A program made the translations under genes and the position numbers. Shown here in pieces: positions 61,358 to 64,000 of a stretch of DNA of 64,000 nt; within the stretch, counting starts at the first letter, position 1; each line of letters opens with the position of its first letter. Origin of the DNA: Hydrurus foetidus (Eukaryota); contig UYFQ01000596.1 in assembly GCA_900617105.1 (NCBI GenBank), positions 1-64,000 of the forward strand, written 5' to 3'. Below the pieces are notes generated by a model that worked only from the letters and a program-made list of their open reading frames with translations, was not told the origin of the DNA and made no database searches.

Positions 61358-64000
61358 TGTTGGAAATCTGGGCGATTTACACGGAATTTCTTCCGAGTTC
61401 CCAAACGATCCCTGCACTTCCGACTGCTAGCAACGCTTGCTCAAAAGAGAAGAAGACGTTCTATTCGGTAAGTTGGATTAAACGACAGTGACATGCTGTC
61501 GATTACATCTAGCTAGCATAACATGAGTGCGAGGGTTGCGGTCAATGCTATCGCTGAATGTACGTACACCCGTGCATGAAAACAATCATACATCACGCAG
61601 GGTACCGGATCCTAGTCTAATCCGGATATCACAACACACCCCCATGATGGTTATTGTTTGAATAAGTGAATATGTTAATTAGCATATGCTTATATAGTAT
61701 ACTTATTGGTTATTGTTCATAATGTTTCACACAACACTCAGATAGGGAACTTAGTGTTAGGGTATGGTAAACAGTAAATTTTCTTAAAAATATTTTTCAC
61801 GGAATTTTTAATATTGACAAGTTGCGTCGTGATATGGTGTAAAATAAAACATGGGTGGTTGGATTAGTAAATGGGTATTACTCGAGAAAAACTATTTCTA
61901 AACCGTCAAAAAAGCCTCAGCTGGTGACCGGTCTCGAGTTCGATCCAACCGATGTTGGTGCCCTTAAATCCGCTAAAACGTCGACATTCGATGTCGCAAA
62001 AGCGGTGCATCGATGTCCCTCGCGGTCCTATCAAACAAATGTTGATTTAAAGCGAAATCAGATTTTTATTTTTATTTTGTAATTTATCTGGAAAAAGCGC
62101 TATAAGTGGGTAAGTCAAAATCAATAAATAACTCCCCTGAATTTCTTTATACATTGAGCACTTGGTCGCGTAGCTCTTGGAATAGCTTCCCCTGCAGTGG
62201 CTTGGTCAGCAAATCTGCAATCATTTCTTTAGTACTCTTGTAGGTTACAATAATATGGTCTGATTTAATTCGGTCATGCAGGAAGAAAAACTTGATGTCT
62301 ATGTGTCTAGTTCTTTCACTGTTGGACCTACCGTTCTTAACTAACTGAATTGTGGATAGGTTATCTTGGTAAATTAAAGCTGGACCTACCTCATACTCTT
62401 GATGGATAAGGAAATTCCTAGTCCATAAAACCTGATTACCTGCTTCAGTCATAGCTACTAGTTCTGCCTCTGTGCTAGACGTAGTATTTAATTTCTGTGT
62501 GGAACTCTTACCATATATTGCTCCCTTACCTAGTGTTATAATACAGCCAGTGTGACTCTTCTTATCTGCATGTACAGCGTATGATGCATCTATATAGGCT
62601 ATAACCTTAACCGGAGTATCTACCTCTAGGGTCAGCGGCATAGCTCTGGTCTCTCTGATATACCGTATAGTATGCGCTAACTTATTCCAGTCGTCGGTTC
62701 TAGGTTCTAAGACTCTTTTAGTTAGATATGCTATACATGTCAGTATGTCTGGTCTGGTTCTCTTACTTAAATATAACAACTTAGCTGTTAGTGAGTGGAA
62801 TCTCTCACGTTCTTTATCTTTCAATAAAGGACTGTTAAGATCGATCTTGAATAGATTATCGTCGGCAGGTGTTCTAGACACCCCCACAATCTCTATGCAA
62901 TCGTCTAACAAGTCTTTTATGAAACCTTCCATGGATATGACAACTCTGCCTAACTGCTCAAAGTTAAAAGTCATACCTATATAATTCAACACTCTGCCTC
63001 TACTCTTAGTCAAGCCTGGGTATAGTTTTTCTATCTCTGAAATTATACTATCTATACGCTTCTCATCCCTACTGCTGATCATCATATCGTCAACATGGAT
63101 AACTAAAGTAGTCTGAGTGGAATCTAGCTCAGTCCTATTGAATACACATATGTCTGATGGATTTACCTTATAGCCTAACTGTGTTAAGTCTGATGATATT
63201 TTATCGTACCATAACTTAGCTGACTCTACACATCCATATAATGCTTTCTTAAGCTTAACTACTACTGTTCCTTTCTCATTTACATACTTCTGATAAGACT
63301 TGTCAATGCTAACTAATATGTTAGTCAAATATTTATTCAGTCTCATCAGCACTGCATGGTCACCGTCTAGTGGCATATCACTGTTGAGGAATGCACCAGG
63401 AAAATCGATCGTAGCGACCGCTCGATTTTCACTAGCAGCAATTGCAGCAACAATAAATACGCTAGTGGTGCTAACAGTTGGTGATGAACCGTTATCATAT
63501 ATATTTCTATCTTGTAAGTGACCTCCTGCTACAAGTCTAGATTTTAGCTTATCAAATTTACCATCTGCTGTATACTTATCTTTTAAAAACATACTGCTGG
63601 TTATGATACTTTTCCTCTGATTGTAACTAAGACTGTTGAGGTGAACTGCCTCCCACACATTCTTATCACACATCTGTTGTAACTCTTTTTAATGGAATCT
63701 ACGGCTATCTCGCCTAATTTCTGTACTCCTTCTGTTACGGTCATGTTCATCATGTACTTACACATAACTGAATCTTTGTAGCTAGGTATACTTAAACCTA
63801 CTAATCTCTTATTCCATCTACCTGGCTGATGGTTTCTAGCACTACGTCTGGGTTGTTTATCTAGAATTTCCTCTGACTTGCTATTTTCTGTGGTGGGGGT
63901 ATCTACCTCATCATCACTGTCTACACCAAATATATCATTCATTAATGCATCGGGGTCAGTTGGTGTATCGTCATACACTACATCCTCTCCTTCATTAACG
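61358..64000 (-). mobile_element. Ty1/Copia family C, 3' part, nested in Copia B
   Basis: 3' LTR 61358-61636, PPT GGGGGTG at 61637-61643, RT/RNase H upstream. Confidence 0.93.
62147..64000 (-). CDS. Copia C reverse transcriptase-RNase H (partial; frame break near 63685)
   Basis: KSRLVAGG, KALYGC, HVDD, YIDASY, SSTEAE, QDN, ADLLTKPL. Confidence 0.95.

Noticed and set aside
61912..61950. tRNA/SINE-like A and B boxes (CTCAGCTGGT...GAGTTCGATCC)
   Set aside because: Spacing is too short and no cloverleaf can be formed.

Overview
Eukaryotic, intron-containing genomic DNA; gene and TE content suggest a stramenopile alga, but that is inference. About two-thirds is nested transposable elements: a chromodomain Gypsy, a Harbinger interrupted by a truncated second Gypsy, a rearranged and tandemly amplified FLYWCH-MULE, an intact Tc1/mariner-superfamily element, a hAT-like relic, a Zator-like element with a CAG TSD inserted in a Copia LTR, three Copia families and foldback MITEs. 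Host genes: a P4-ATPase flippase, a papain-family protease with a Pro/Thr tail, a secreted repeat protein with a C-terminal Hint/Hog domain, a JmjC oxygenase, a divergent CDK-like kinase and a hypothetical protein. The most striking signal is in the three Copia families. Each lacks a tRNA-type PBS. Instead, each has a family-specific 10-11 nt sequence abutting the 5' LTR that is perfectly complementary to a site inside its own LTR. This is the signature of Tf1-style self-primed reverse transcription, here in Ty1/Copia elements.
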